Positions 29,248 through 38,380 of a stretch of DNA of 64,000 nt are shown here, piece after piece. The stretch lies in contig CAVYRF010000001.1 in assembly GCA_963770895.1 (NCBI GenBank), forward strand, positions 2,080,001 to 2,144,000, read 5' to 3'. The number at the start of each line of letters is the position of its first letter. Within the stretch, counting starts at the first letter, position 1. The notes beneath the pieces are model-generated. The model was not told the origin of the DNA. It made no database searches and saw only the letters and a program-made list of their open reading frames with translations. The DNA comes from an uncultured Acidobacteriota bacterium. GTDB taxonomy: Bacteria > Acidobacteriota > Thermoanaerobaculia > Multivoradales > UBA5704. The position numbers and the translations under genes are program-made.

Positions 29248-30185
29248 CGCCCCACGATGACTTCAGCGCGATGCTGGATGGCGCCGCCGCGCACGTCGCG
29301 CAGGCCGGCCGATTTGATCCCCACCACCAGGCCCGAGGCTCCCGCCACGTCGGCCCCGGCCACCGCCTGGTGCACCCGCGGATCGAAAGGCGTCTGATAG
29401 GGCTCGACGGGATCGATCACAAACCAGCCGGTGCGTTGGCAGGCGCCGCTCAACGACTCATAGAGCAGGGCGCGCAACCGCGCCGCGAGGGCGCGGCCGG
29501 CCGCGCTGCCGCGCTGCCCCTCGCTCGCCGCCTCGGAATAGAAGCGCGACAGGGCGTCGAGCGCGGTCACCAGGTCCTGGTTCAGCCAGTGCCGGCGCAG
29601 CTCGTCCTCGCCCTGGCCGGCGGCGATCGCAAGCCGTTCGATCTTGGCCTTGAGCGGCGCACCGAATTCGCCGCGAAAACCTTCCCGCAGCTCCCGATCC
29701 AGGAACTGGTCGGCCAGCCGAGGCGCCTCCCGGTAGAGGACTTCGAGCAGCTCGGCGACCTGCCGCCAAGGCGGATCGGCGGCCTGGTCGCGCACCGCCG
29801 GGATCGCATCGGGCTTGGCCGGCGGACCGCCTTCTGCTTCGCCGCGGCGACGACGCGGCGGCATGGCGGCAACGGCGGCCGGCGTCGCCGGCTGCGCCGC
29901 GCCGGCGGCCGGCGCCGTGTCGCTGTCGCTCTCCGGTACCGTTGCGGTCTTTGCGGCCGCAGCCTTAGGTTCGGGTTCGGGCGCGGGCGCGGGTGGCGGC
30001 GCCGGCACGGCAGGCGGCGCTGCGGCCAGGCTGTCGAGCTTGCCCTCCAGCCGCTGCACGGTCCGCCGTAGGCGCAGCACGATCAACAGGTTGGCCAGCG
30101 CGAGCCCGACCGCGAGCCCGAGCATCCCAGGGGCACTGATCTCCTGCAGCGACGAAGCCACGGCTGCGAGCATTGCGCTCCTCAT
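29244..30185 (-). CDS. Membrane-anchored GrpE-like protein
   Basis: ATG 30185 overlaps the Hsp70 stop. N-terminal TM and Pro/Ala linker. C-terminus resembles the GrpE beta domain: PFDPRVHQAV...GLRD..G....RAEVIV. Confidence 0.65.
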   Translation of the reverse strand: MRSAMLAAVASSLQEISAPGMLGLAVGLALANLLIVLRLRRTVQRLEGKLDSLAAAPPAVPAPPPAPAPEPEPKAAAAKTATVPESDSDTAPAAGAAQPATPAAVAAMPPRRRRGEAEGGPPAKPDAIPAVRDQAADPPWRQVAELLEVLYREAPRLADQFLDRELREGFRGEFGAPLKAKIERLAIAAGQGEDELRRHWLNQDLVTALDALSRFYSEAASEGQRGSAAGRALAARLRALLYESLSGACQRTGWFVIDPVEPYQTPFDPRVHQAVAGADVAGASGLVVGIKSAGLRDVRGGAIQHRAEVIVGR

Positions 30186-33100
30186 GAAGATAGCGTTCCC
30201 TGGCACCACTGCCCGTCGATCAAGACCGAGAAGTCGCTGGGGCCCGCGATCTTCAGCGTGACGGTAGCCGCCTCCCTGAGGGCGGGAAAGATGAAGCTGA
30301 CATACGCATCCTGGGCGCCGTCGCGATAGAGGTCCAGAGAATCGCTGCCGGCCTCGAGCGGCAGCGTGACCTCCAACGGCAGTTCGTCGCCCCGCCGCAG
30401 TCCCGGCAGAACACTGAAGGCACGAGGCCCGCGCTTGAGCTTGAGCTCGAACCGCAACGACTTGAGGTAGGAGTTGTCGATGCTGATCCAGGATCCTGCC
30501 CGGTTGCTCTCGGCCCAGATCGCAGCGCCGATGGCAACGCACGTCTTGGGATCCAGAGCGCCCTGATCGGGTTCGATGCACAGGAGCTTGTCCGCGCCTT
30601 TGCCACGCAGGCCGCGGAGATGGCTGACGATCTCCTTGCGGATCACCGGCAGGCGCGTCGTCTGACCCGTGAACAGCAGCGTCGTCAAGTCGCGGTTTTG
30701 CCATCCCGCGTCGGCGATCACGCTGGTGATTAATCCGAGATGCCCGCGGATCGCCGTGCTGACCTGCTTGTCGAAGGCGCCGCGCTGGAGGGCGATCTGG
30801 TAGTTGGCGGTCACCTTGGCCGCTTCGCCTGCATCGTCGCGCGGCCAGCCGCTGGCGCCCACGCCGCGGCGCACCTCGGCGCCGTCGCCCTGCGGTGGCT
30901 TGCCCTTCGCGCCGCCGGCGCGCGAGAACTCGCGCTTCACCGACTCGGCCTCGGCCAGCAGCGCCGTCGCCACCTGGTAGGCGGCCCAGGCGCCGCGCCT
31001 GCCGGCCTCGCCGTAGCGCTCCTGGAACCTCTGCTCCAGGTCGACGTAGGAGCGCGCGCGCAGCGCATCGCGCACCAGATCGCCGCGCACCGGCGCCCCC
31101 TGGTCGCGGGCCTGCTTTTCGATCTGGTCCAGCATCTCGCGGGCGAGGAGCTCATCCAGGTCGTCGCCACCGAAAATCGTGCCGGTCTTCGCCGCCAGCT
31201 TCACCGTGACCTTTGGCGCCTGACCCGCGGCGAGCGCAGCCAGATTCTCCACCTCGACCGCGGCGATGTCCGTGGTCCCGCCGCCGATGTCGAGGCACAG
31301 CACGAACTCCTTGTCGGCAGGCTTTGCCTTGGCCACGGTGCCCTTGAGTTGGGCCTCGACATAGGCGAGCACAGCGGCGGTCGCTTCGTCGACGCAGCTC
31401 GCGGCGAAGAATTTGGCGACGTCCGGAAAGTCTTCGTTGATGCCGGCGGCCTGTGCCGCATCCATGAGCGCGCGCTGCGCCGCAGGTGAGATCTCGACGG
31501 GATGGCTGAAGGCCGCCCGATCGACCAGCGGGCGGCCGTCGCGAGAGAGTCTGAGCCCGCGCATGCTGGCCTCGCTCAATCGCGGCAGGTTCGCCTCCGC
31601 GCGGCGCTTGAGCTCGGCGATGAAAAGGTTGAGGAGCTCCTGCGGGCTTTTGATCACCCGGTCTTTGCGCCAGTTGTCGGAGCTGCGATAGAAGACGTAG
31701 CGCGTCTGGCTGGCGCGGGCCACCACGGTTTTGATGCTGCGTACCAGGTTCTCGGGGCGGATCGACGCCGAATTGACCGCCAGGTCGCCGAACAAAAACT
31801 CCTCGGCGCCGCCAGGTGCGAGACTGTTGAAGCACATCAACGAACGAATGCGGTCCTGATCGGGATCGCGTTCGAGCATGAGGGGACAGCTGAAGTCCTG
31901 TCCGCCGCGGATGCAGACCACCGAGTTGGTGGTGCCGAAGTCGATGCCGATGGTCATCGGCTGCGCCTTGCCGAAGCGCGCGATGACGGTGAGGTCCAGG
32001 CAGCCGGTTGCGCCGACGCCGTCGTGCAGGATGCGCACCGTGCGCCGGCTCTCGAACTGGTTGAACTCGCCGCGCGGCTGGTTTTTGGGAACGATATGCA
32101 GGCGCAGGTCGCGCGTCTCGCCGGGCTGCAGCAGGTCGGCGGCGGCGATGCCCGAGGTGCTCAACCAATCGCGTCCGGTGATGCGGTCCTGCGGCTGCTC
32201 GCCGCCGCGCAGGATGTCGATCGCCAGCACCTTCACCGGGATCGCACCGGGATTTTCGATCGCGAACGACTGCTCGACTTGGGTGTCGGCGAGCTCCAGC
32301 TCGAGCACCGGCTGGCGGCCGAGCACTTCCAGGGTCGGTCCGCGGCCCAGGCAGCCCTGCACCCGGGAGCGGAAGACCTTGGGTTCGCGGCTTTCGCGGC
32401 TCGCGCCGGTGAACTCCACCAGCCCCGCGAACCAGGCCGGATTGGCAACCGCCGTGTCCGCCAGCCACAGCTTGAGATCCGCTTCCCATACCGCCCCGGC
32501 AGGGATCTCGACCGCGTCGGCGAGCTGCGGGTGGAGTACCGCGCCCGCTGCCAGGCGCTGCTCGCCGGCGGTGCCTAGCAGCGGATCATCGATCACCTGC
32601 ACCTCGGTCAAGTCGATCGTCTCCGCCGTTTCGTTGTGCAGCGCGATGCGATGCGGCAGGCCCTCGCCGCGCAGCCTTTCGGCCGGCAGGAAGCGGTAGA
32701 ACGACGCTGCCGGCCAGGCCCACGGCGCCCGTGCCGCCAGCAGGGTGACGCGGAAGGGGCGCGCACTCCAGGTGCTGTCACGAAGCTCGATGAGATTGGT
32801 CAGAAACGGCAGCGGCGCCTCGCGCACCGCGGCCTCCGCCTCTGCGGCATCCTGGGGGCCGAACAGACGATTGAGCGCCTCGACCCGCAGCGGGATGTCG
32901 ATCGGCGTCTCGGTCGCGTCCCCCGGCGCGATGGCGTAGAGCTGTTCTACGAGCTTTTCGCGATCGATCCAATCCGGCAGTTGGGCGATATCCTCGCCGC
33001 GCAAGACCAGCGCCGCGGCGGCCACGCCGCGGTTGCGCAGCAGCAGTCGGGCGCTGACTGCGCCTTCGCGCACCGCAAGGTAGCCGTTCTTTTCGTGCCA

Positions 33101-33223
33101 GCGATCGTCGCTCGGCGCCCGCCACCAGAGCTGGGCGAGCACGGTGCCGCAGATCCCGCAGTAGTGATCGTAAGCGCTCACCGCGGAGTTGCAGGACGGA
33201 CAGCTCGACACGCTTGGTGGCAT
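30182..33223 (-). CDS. Divergent Hsp70/DnaK-family ATPase with N-terminal Zn ribbon and Ig-like domains
   Basis: IGIDFGTTNS, DEATAA, LDIGGGTTD, GGDDLD, TGQTTRLP, DPKTCVAIGAA. N-terminal CPSC...CGICG. No canonical substrate-binding lid. ATG 33223. Confidence 0.85.
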   Translation of the reverse strand: MPPSVSSCPSCNSAVSAYDHYCGICGTVLAQLWWRAPSDDRWHEKNGYLAVREGAVSARLLLRNRGVAAAALVLRGEDIAQLPDWIDREKLVEQLYAIAPGDATETPIDIPLRVEALNRLFGPQDAAEAEAAVREAPLPFLTNLIELRDSTWSARPFRVTLLAARAPWAWPAASFYRFLPAERLRGEGLPHRIALHNETAETIDLTEVQVIDDPLLGTAGEQRLAAGAVLHPQLADAVEIPAGAVWEADLKLWLADTAVANPAWFAGLVEFTGASRESREPKVFRSRVQGCLGRGPTLEVLGRQPVLELELADTQVEQSFAIENPGAIPVKVLAIDILRGGEQPQDRITGRDWLSTSGIAAADLLQPGETRDLRLHIVPKNQPRGEFNQFESRRTVRILHDGVGATGCLDLTVIARFGKAQPMTIGIDFGTTNSVVCIRGGQDFSCPLMLERDPDQDRIRSLMCFNSLAPGGAEEFLFGDLAVNSASIRPENLVRSIKTVVARASQTRYVFYRSSDNWRKDRVIKSPQELLNLFIAELKRRAEANLPRLSEASMRGLRLSRDGRPLVDRAAFSHPVEISPAAQRALMDAAQAAGINEDFPDVAKFFAASCVDEATAAVLAYVEAQLKGTVAKAKPADKEFVLCLDIGGGTTDIAAVEVENLAALAAGQAPKVTVKLAAKTGTIFGGDDLDELLAREMLDQIEKQARDQGAPVRGDLVRDALRARSYVDLEQRFQERYGEAGRRGAWAAYQVATALLAEAESVKREFSRAGGAKGKPPQGDGAEVRRGVGASGWPRDDAGEAAKVTANYQIALQRGAFDKQVSTAIRGHLGLITSVIADAGWQNRDLTTLLFTGQTTRLPVIRKEIVSHLRGLRGKGADKLLCIEPDQGALDPKTCVAIGAAIWAESNRAGSWISIDNSYLKSLRFELKLKRGPRAFSVLPGLRRGDELPLEVTLPLEAGSDSLDLYRDGAQDAYVSFIFPALREAATVTLKIAGPSDFSVLIDGQWCQGTLSS

Positions 33224-33233
33224 GGCAGGCGTC

Positions 33234-34787
33234 CTACTCCAGGTGTGGTTCGTAATCGACACGCAGGACGGCGCCGTGCCCGACGTCGAGGCCTTGGATG
33301 GCGTAGGTGCCGCCAGGTGCGATCTGGCGAAGATGCACCGGGTCGACCGCGACGTCGTCGATCGCTACCCACATGTGGCCCGGACGGTGCACCAGCGGCA
33401 AGCTGAACTGGTGCGGCGGCAGCAGCAGCAGCCGGGCCAGCAACTCCGCCGGCGCGGCGGCGGTGGGCGCCGCGGCGGCGCCCTGCGGGAACGGGACCGG
33501 CAGTTCGGGCGCCGGGTCGGCGGCTACCGGCGTTACCGTCAGCGGCGAGGGCGGGGCCGATGATGTCACCTCGCCGATGACGCTCTCGCGCGGCGGAACG
33601 GGAGGACCCTCTGCCGCGGGCGCGGCGATCTGCTCGCCGAACGCAGCAAGGCTCGCCGCCGGCGCCTCCGGGGTGACTTCGGCTCGTGCGGCGACGGCGG
33701 CCTCGTCGGCCGCGTCGACCGGCGGCGCCGTGGGCGGCGGCAGGGCCGCGCCCAGCTCGATGGCCTCTTCCAGGCTGGAGGGGTCGAGCTGTACCAGGGA
33801 GGCGCCGCGAAAGGTCAGCAAGCCGCGCAACTGGCTGACCGTCGGCCCCTCGAGCAGCACGGTGGGACGCTGCTCCCATGTGATGCCGGCCTGGGGCCTG
33901 CCGTCGAGGTCGGAGAGAAAGCCCTGCTCGGTCACCTTCCGCCACCAGACGCTGCGCGCCGGGGGCAGATCGATCTTGAAGCGCAAGCCGGTGAGCAGAT
34001 GGTAGCGGTGCGCCGCGGTCACGCTCGAGAAACGGAACAGCTCGCCGCCCGCCGCCTCCATCTCGACCGACGGTTCGCGCGCCGCCAGGGCCGCGATGAG
34101 CCGCCTTGCCACCACCTGCAGGGTGTACCAGGAGCTGGCAGCCTCCTCCTCCTGCCGGTAGCGCGCCGCGAGCTCGTCGCCCAGCTGCTGGCGCGCGGCG
34201 GCCAGCACTTCCCGCGCCGCCATGTGGGCGCGCGCGGCGTCGTCGCCGTTGGCGAAGATGAGCTGTCGGTCCGCTTCGAAGAGGCGCAGCCAGGAGCCGG
34301 ACGCGGCGACAAACCGCGTTTCGTGGTCAAACCTGCGGCGCAGCAGGTGCTCGATCGCCACCCAGTTCCACCCCTCGAGCGCCCAGACTTCGAGCAGCTG
34401 GCGCCCGGCGGGGAGGTGCAGCCAGTGCCAGGGGGTCACCAGCACTCCCGGGCCACCCAGGTCGCGCGTGGTGCGCGTCGCCTGCCCACCGGCCAGGCTG
34501 GTCCAGGAAGGGAGGGGTGCGCCTTGCGCCGCCTCGCGGCTCGCGGCGTGCTCGACTGCGATGCGCAGCGCTGGCGCAAACGGCGTCAGCGGATGAGACG
34601 CCACCGAGCTGTCGAGCTCTTCGGCCAGGCTCACCCAGTTTTCACCGAGGCCGTCCGCGCCGCCACCCTTGGGCAGTTGCACGCGGTCGGCGAATCTGCC
34701 GCGGCTCCACTGGCGGCCGAACAGCTCGGACGCGGTCGGCCGCCCCCAGGCCAGGTCGCCGCAGCCAAGCACTACGATCCGGCTCAT
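33234..34787 (-). CDS. Hypothetical protein in the Hsp70/tubulin operon
   Basis: 517-aa ORF in the operon direction; globular N-terminus, Pro/Ala linker, small beta-rich C-terminal domain. Confidence 0.7.
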   Translation of the reverse strand: MSRIVVLGCGDLAWGRPTASELFGRQWSRGRFADRVQLPKGGGADGLGENWVSLAEELDSSVASHPLTPFAPALRIAVEHAASREAAQGAPLPSWTSLAGGQATRTTRDLGGPGVLVTPWHWLHLPAGRQLLEVWALEGWNWVAIEHLLRRRFDHETRFVAASGSWLRLFEADRQLIFANGDDAARAHMAAREVLAAARQQLGDELAARYRQEEEAASSWYTLQVVARRLIAALAAREPSVEMEAAGGELFRFSSVTAAHRYHLLTGLRFKIDLPPARSVWWRKVTEQGFLSDLDGRPQAGITWEQRPTVLLEGPTVSQLRGLLTFRGASLVQLDPSSLEEAIELGAALPPPTAPPVDAADEAAVAARAEVTPEAPAASLAAFGEQIAAPAAEGPPVPPRESVIGEVTSSAPPSPLTVTPVAADPAPELPVPFPQGAAAAPTAAAPAELLARLLLLPPHQFSLPLVHRPGHMWVAIDDVAVDPVHLRQIAPGGTYAIQGLDVGHGAVLRVDYEPHLE

Positions 34788-34830
34788 GAGCGAGCCTCAC
34801 CGGCGCGGCGGCGAGACGGCGGCCTGGCGC

Positions 34831-35424
34831 TCAACGCAGCGGCCTCGAGTGTGACCAGGCGGAAGCCGCCCCGCGCACCGCGACGCCCGCCGCGGCCAGC
34901 GCTTCGGCGAAGACCACCGGCAGCTCCCCATCCAGCAGCGCTTCGCGGGTCACGCCGCGTGATCGCAGGTCGTTGTGAATCACACGACGCAGCTCCTGCC
35001 ACTGCTCGCCGTCGAGAGCTTTGGTGCCGGCGAGGCGAGACGCAACCTCGCCGCGCAGCTGCGCCTCGGTGACCGCGCCGCTCGCGCTCAGCCACTCGCC
35101 GAGCAGAGTCTTCGCCCGTTCGCCCGGAGCCCGGCCGCCTCCCAGGAGGCGTGTCCCCTGCGCCACGAGCGCAGCGCTTTCGCCCTCGGTGAGGAAGCCG
35201 TCGCCCAGCGCCGCGGCAACGCGCCGCCCGAAGTCCTCCTCCATGAGCCGCTCGATCGCCACGCCGTGACGCGCACCTGCCAGCAGGATGCACCGCGTTG
35301 CGTCCTCGCCGGCAAGCCCGGCCTCGCCGGCGCGGCGCACCAGCTGCTCTTCTTCTTGTCGTGAGAGGATCGCCAGCCCGGAAAGACTTTGCTCGACATG
35401 CACAAAAAAATCATTGAAATTCAA
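34831..35424 (-). CDS. Helical-repeat (TerB-like?) hypothetical protein, first gene of the operon; possible C-terminal frameshift
   Basis: TTG 35424 after GAGGT. Repeated 'LS/T..EE..L...G' helices (DGFLTEGESAALVAQG). An alternative frame ends at 34784 with ATGA coupling to the next gene. Confidence 0.6.
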   Translation of the reverse strand: MNFNDFFVHVEQSLSGLAILSRQEEEQLVRRAGEAGLAGEDATRCILLAGARHGVAIERLMEEDFGRRVAAALGDGFLTEGESAALVAQGTRLLGGGRAPGERAKTLLGEWLSASGAVTEAQLRGEVASRLAGTKALDGEQWQELRRVIHNDLRSRGVTREALLDGELPVVFAEALAAAGVAVRGAASAWSHSRPLR

Positions 35425-35659
35425 GGTACACCTCACCCCTTGAGACAACTGAAATTGAAGCAACAATACCGCGGCTCAACAGACTGCCGCGCTCAGGGCA
35501 AAGACACCGTCGCCGAAAAATTGTTACAGCCACGAGCCGCAAAACACGCAACGATTTGCAGGCGGCAATGGACATGCTACAGAAGTCTGTTTAAGATATC
35601 AAGCAGGACTCACTGCTTATTTTATATATTTGCACTTAGCGATGTATCGGAGGATGTCG
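35425..35659. promoter_or_regulatory. AT-rich divergent intergenic/promoter region
   Basis: Visibly AT-rich (e.g. ttattttatatatttg, gtttaagatatc) between the divergent operon and the PstS-OmpA gene. Confidence 0.5.
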
Positions 35660-37189
35660 ATGGCTCGTGTCGGTATCTGCGTGAATGCCCCCGATTGTGA
35701 CAACGCGCTGGAACAGAAAAGGATCACGATCCCGCCGCTGGCCCCTTTCAAGTGTCCGCAGTGCCAGATGCCGCTCCGGCTCGCCCCCGACATCCCCGCG
35801 CCTCGCTGGCGTCGCGCCGGCCTCGTCGCCGTGCTCTTTGTTCTCTGCCTGGCCTGTCTCGCCGCTTCATGGTGGCTGCTCGACCGGCGGGTGCGCGGCA
35901 CAATCATTCTGCGTCTGCACGGCTCCAACACCATCGGCGAGAGACTGGCGCCGGCGTTGGCAGAGCGCTTCCTGGCGGCGCAAAATGCCACCGAGATTCA
36001 TACCTTCCCTGGCAAGGACAAGGAAGAGCAATATGTGCAGGGGACGCTGCCGCAGGCGGACCAACCCAGCCTCATCGAGATCAAGGCTCCGGGCTCCAAG
36101 GTTGCGTTCGAACACCTGCAAAAGGGACTGTGCGACATCGGCATGGCGTCGCGCCCCATCGATGCCAATGAAGCGACGATGCTGGCCGCTCTCGGCGACA
36201 TGACCTCGCCGGCCGCGGAGCATGTGATCGGCCTCGACGGGCTGGCGATCATCGTCAATCTCGGCAACCGCATCGACAGCTTGACCGTCGATCAGGTCGC
36301 CCGCATCTTCGCCGGCGAGGTCACGGATTGGAGCGAGGTGGGCGGCACGCCGGGCCGGCCCGTGGTCTATGCCCGCGACGAAAACTCCGGCACCTGCGAG
36401 ATGTTCAAGAAGATGGTGCTCGGCAAGCGCACTCTGGCGGCGGCGGCGAACCATCGCTACGCCGACAGCGAACGGCTTTCCGACGACGTGGCCGGCGACC
36501 CCAACGGCATCGGGTTCATCGGCATGCCGTTTATCCGCAGCAGTAAGGCGCTGATGGTCTCGGACGGCAGCGCGCATCCGCTCAAGCCCAACGCCCTCAC
36601 CGTGAAGACCGAGGACTACGTGCTTTCACGGCGGCTGTATCTGTACACGCCCGCTCTCAGCCGGCCCGGTGAGACGCCCAACCCCTACGTGAATCTGTTC
36701 ATCCTCTTTGCCTTGTCCGACGAAGGCCAGGCCATCGTCGAGGCGGCGCACTTCGTCGGCCAGGCGTTGTCGCCGACGTCGCAACCGCCGCCGGCATCAC
36801 CTTATCCCGGTATCTCCCTGCCGCCGGAATATGCAGCCGCCATCGCCCATGCCGAACGCCTGCCGCTCGATTTCCGTTTTCGCAGCGGCGTTCACGAGCT
36901 GGACACCAAAGCCTTGGTGGACATCGGCCGCCTTGTCCAGCTGATGACTGCGCCGCAATATCACGGCCGCGCGGTCCGTCTGCTGGGTTTCTCCGACTCG
37001 AGCGGCCAGGCCGGCGCCAACCTGTTGCTCTCTCGACAGCGCTGCCAGGCGGTCGCCGACCGGCTGCGCGGCGAAGGGCTCGACCCCTCGCTCATCAAGG
37101 GTTTCGGCGCCGAGCTGCCGGTCGCCACCAACGACACACCCGAAGGCAAGGCGCGCAATCGTCGCGTCGAGGTGTGGGTGCAGCAGTGA
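35660..37189 (+). CDS. Zn-ribbon-TM-PstS-like substrate-binding domain-OmpA fusion
   Basis: GGAGG 6 nt before ATG 35660. CVNAPDC...CPQC, TM. PstS-like LHGSNTIG, DIGMASR, RDENSGT, YVLSRRLYLY. OmpA-like GFSD...NLLLSRQR...NRRVE. Confidence 0.85.
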   Translation: MARVGICVNAPDCDNALEQKRITIPPLAPFKCPQCQMPLRLAPDIPAPRWRRAGLVAVLFVLCLACLAASWWLLDRRVRGTIILRLHGSNTIGERLAPALAERFLAAQNATEIHTFPGKDKEEQYVQGTLPQADQPSLIEIKAPGSKVAFEHLQKGLCDIGMASRPIDANEATMLAALGDMTSPAAEHVIGLDGLAIIVNLGNRIDSLTVDQVARIFAGEVTDWSEVGGTPGRPVVYARDENSGTCEMFKKMVLGKRTLAAAANHRYADSERLSDDVAGDPNGIGFIGMPFIRSSKALMVSDGSAHPLKPNALTVKTEDYVLSRRLYLYTPALSRPGETPNPYVNLFILFALSDEGQAIVEAAHFVGQALSPTSQPPPASPYPGISLPPEYAAAIAHAERLPLDFRFRSGVHELDTKALVDIGRLVQLMTAPQYHGRAVRLLGFSDSSGQAGANLLLSRQRCQAVADRLRGEGLDPSLIKGFGAELPVATNDTPEGKARNRRVEVWVQQ

Positions 37190-37405
37190 GACGACCTGCC
37201 CGCTTTGATCGATCAGGCCGCAGGCTTGAACCGCCCGAGGGCTGCCGCTTTGTCTTAGGGTAGACTCTGCGTGCGCGCTGCCGCGCCGCAACGCGCCACA
37301 ATTGCACCACCCGCATCATCAACTGCCCGTGAGCCCGTGAGCCCACCGGGCGACGAGCTTGCGCGGCGGCATAGGGCCGCTCGCGCCGATCGCGGAGACC
37401 GCTTC

Positions 37406-37684
37406 ATGCACGATTCATCAGCCCGCCCGGTTCTTTCCCGCTGCCTCAGCCTCGCCGCCGCCCTCGCCCTCGCCGGGTGGGCGCTGCTGCTCCCCGCCAA
37501 GCCGGCCCACGCGTACGCGATGCCGCCGCGCTGCCCCATCGGCGACAGCAGCTCCACCATCTACTACAACAACGCCCAGCACCAGCAAGTGGTCGGCAAC
37601 ACCGCGGTCAACTGCAACCAGATCTCCACCCACTCCGGCGAAACCTCCGGCTTTTTTACCGTGACCTGCAGCCCCTGCTCCTGA
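37406..37684 (+). CDS. Small secreted Cys-containing protein (DUF6289-like)
   Basis: GGAG upstream; signal peptide ending AHA; IYYNNAQHQQVVG...C...G.TS...C pattern. Confidence 0.65.
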   Translation: MHDSSARPVLSRCLSLAAALALAGWALLLPAKPAHAYAMPPRCPIGDSSSTIYYNNAQHQQVVGNTAVNCNQISTHSGETSGFFTVTCSPCS

Positions 37685-37846
37685 TCCCGTGACCGTTCCG
37701 TAGTCGAGCGCCAGAAGCGGCGCGGCGGCAGTCCGCCGCGCCGCTCTTCTCTCGCCAAGCGCACCCGCGCGCTGCCGAACCGGGCTGCGCCCCGCGGTCC
37801 CTTTGGAGAGGCCCTGGCGGCTGATTTCCGCCGGGCGATCCTGCTC

Positions 37847-38380
37847 TCAAGCAGCGCGGACGAAGAGCATCGGTGCGGTAGCGCCGGCCAGGATGCCGAT
37901 CGACATGGCGGCGAGGCCGGCGAGACCGGCAAACAGACAGCCGATCGCGCCAGCCAGGATCATGACGGTCGCTGCGGCGAGCCAGAAGCAGCTGTCGCCG
38001 CGAGCGCGCAGGCCGAGCCACGCCAGGAGGAGTCCAGCCGCTACGCTCGGTAGGAGACAGACGACCGACGGGCCAAGGCAAACGCGATCCGTGCAGGCAT
38101 GGACGGCACGGACCGCGGCCGGAAACAGGCACGGCGCCAAGCCAGCCAGGAAGCCGAGCCGGGCGCCGCGCGCCCACGCGCCGCCGCGCCACAGGCAAAA
38201 GGTGAGGAGGATGCCAAGCGCCGCGGCACAGGCCGCAGGCCCGCCGCGCTCCCGGCAGGCCGCCAGGGCCACGCCGGTGATGGCGACCGCCGTCAGGGCG
38301 CGCCGGACCGACCAGCCCAAGCGCCCGCGCTCGTAGGCCCGGCGCGCGCGTGCGGCGAGATCCGCTTCATCGACGATCAT
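37847..38380 (-). CDS. Membrane protein, putative anti-sigma factor
   Basis: MIVDEADLAARARRAYERGRL then several Cys-rich TM helices. Overlaps the end of the upstream ECF sigma. Confidence 0.65.
   Translation of the reverse strand: MIVDEADLAARARRAYERGRLGWSVRRALTAVAITGVALAACRERGGPAACAAALGILLTFCLWRGGAWARGARLGFLAGLAPCLFPAAVRAVHACTDRVCLGPSVVCLLPSVAAGLLLAWLGLRARGDSCFWLAAATVMILAGAIGCLFAGLAGLAAMSIGILAGATAPMLFVRAA

Noticed and set aside
35490-35550. GGGCAAA...GAAA...CGCAAA resembling a c-di-GMP-I riboswitch
   Set aside because: The required paired stems cannot be formed by eye; an Infernal/Rfam scan would settle it.
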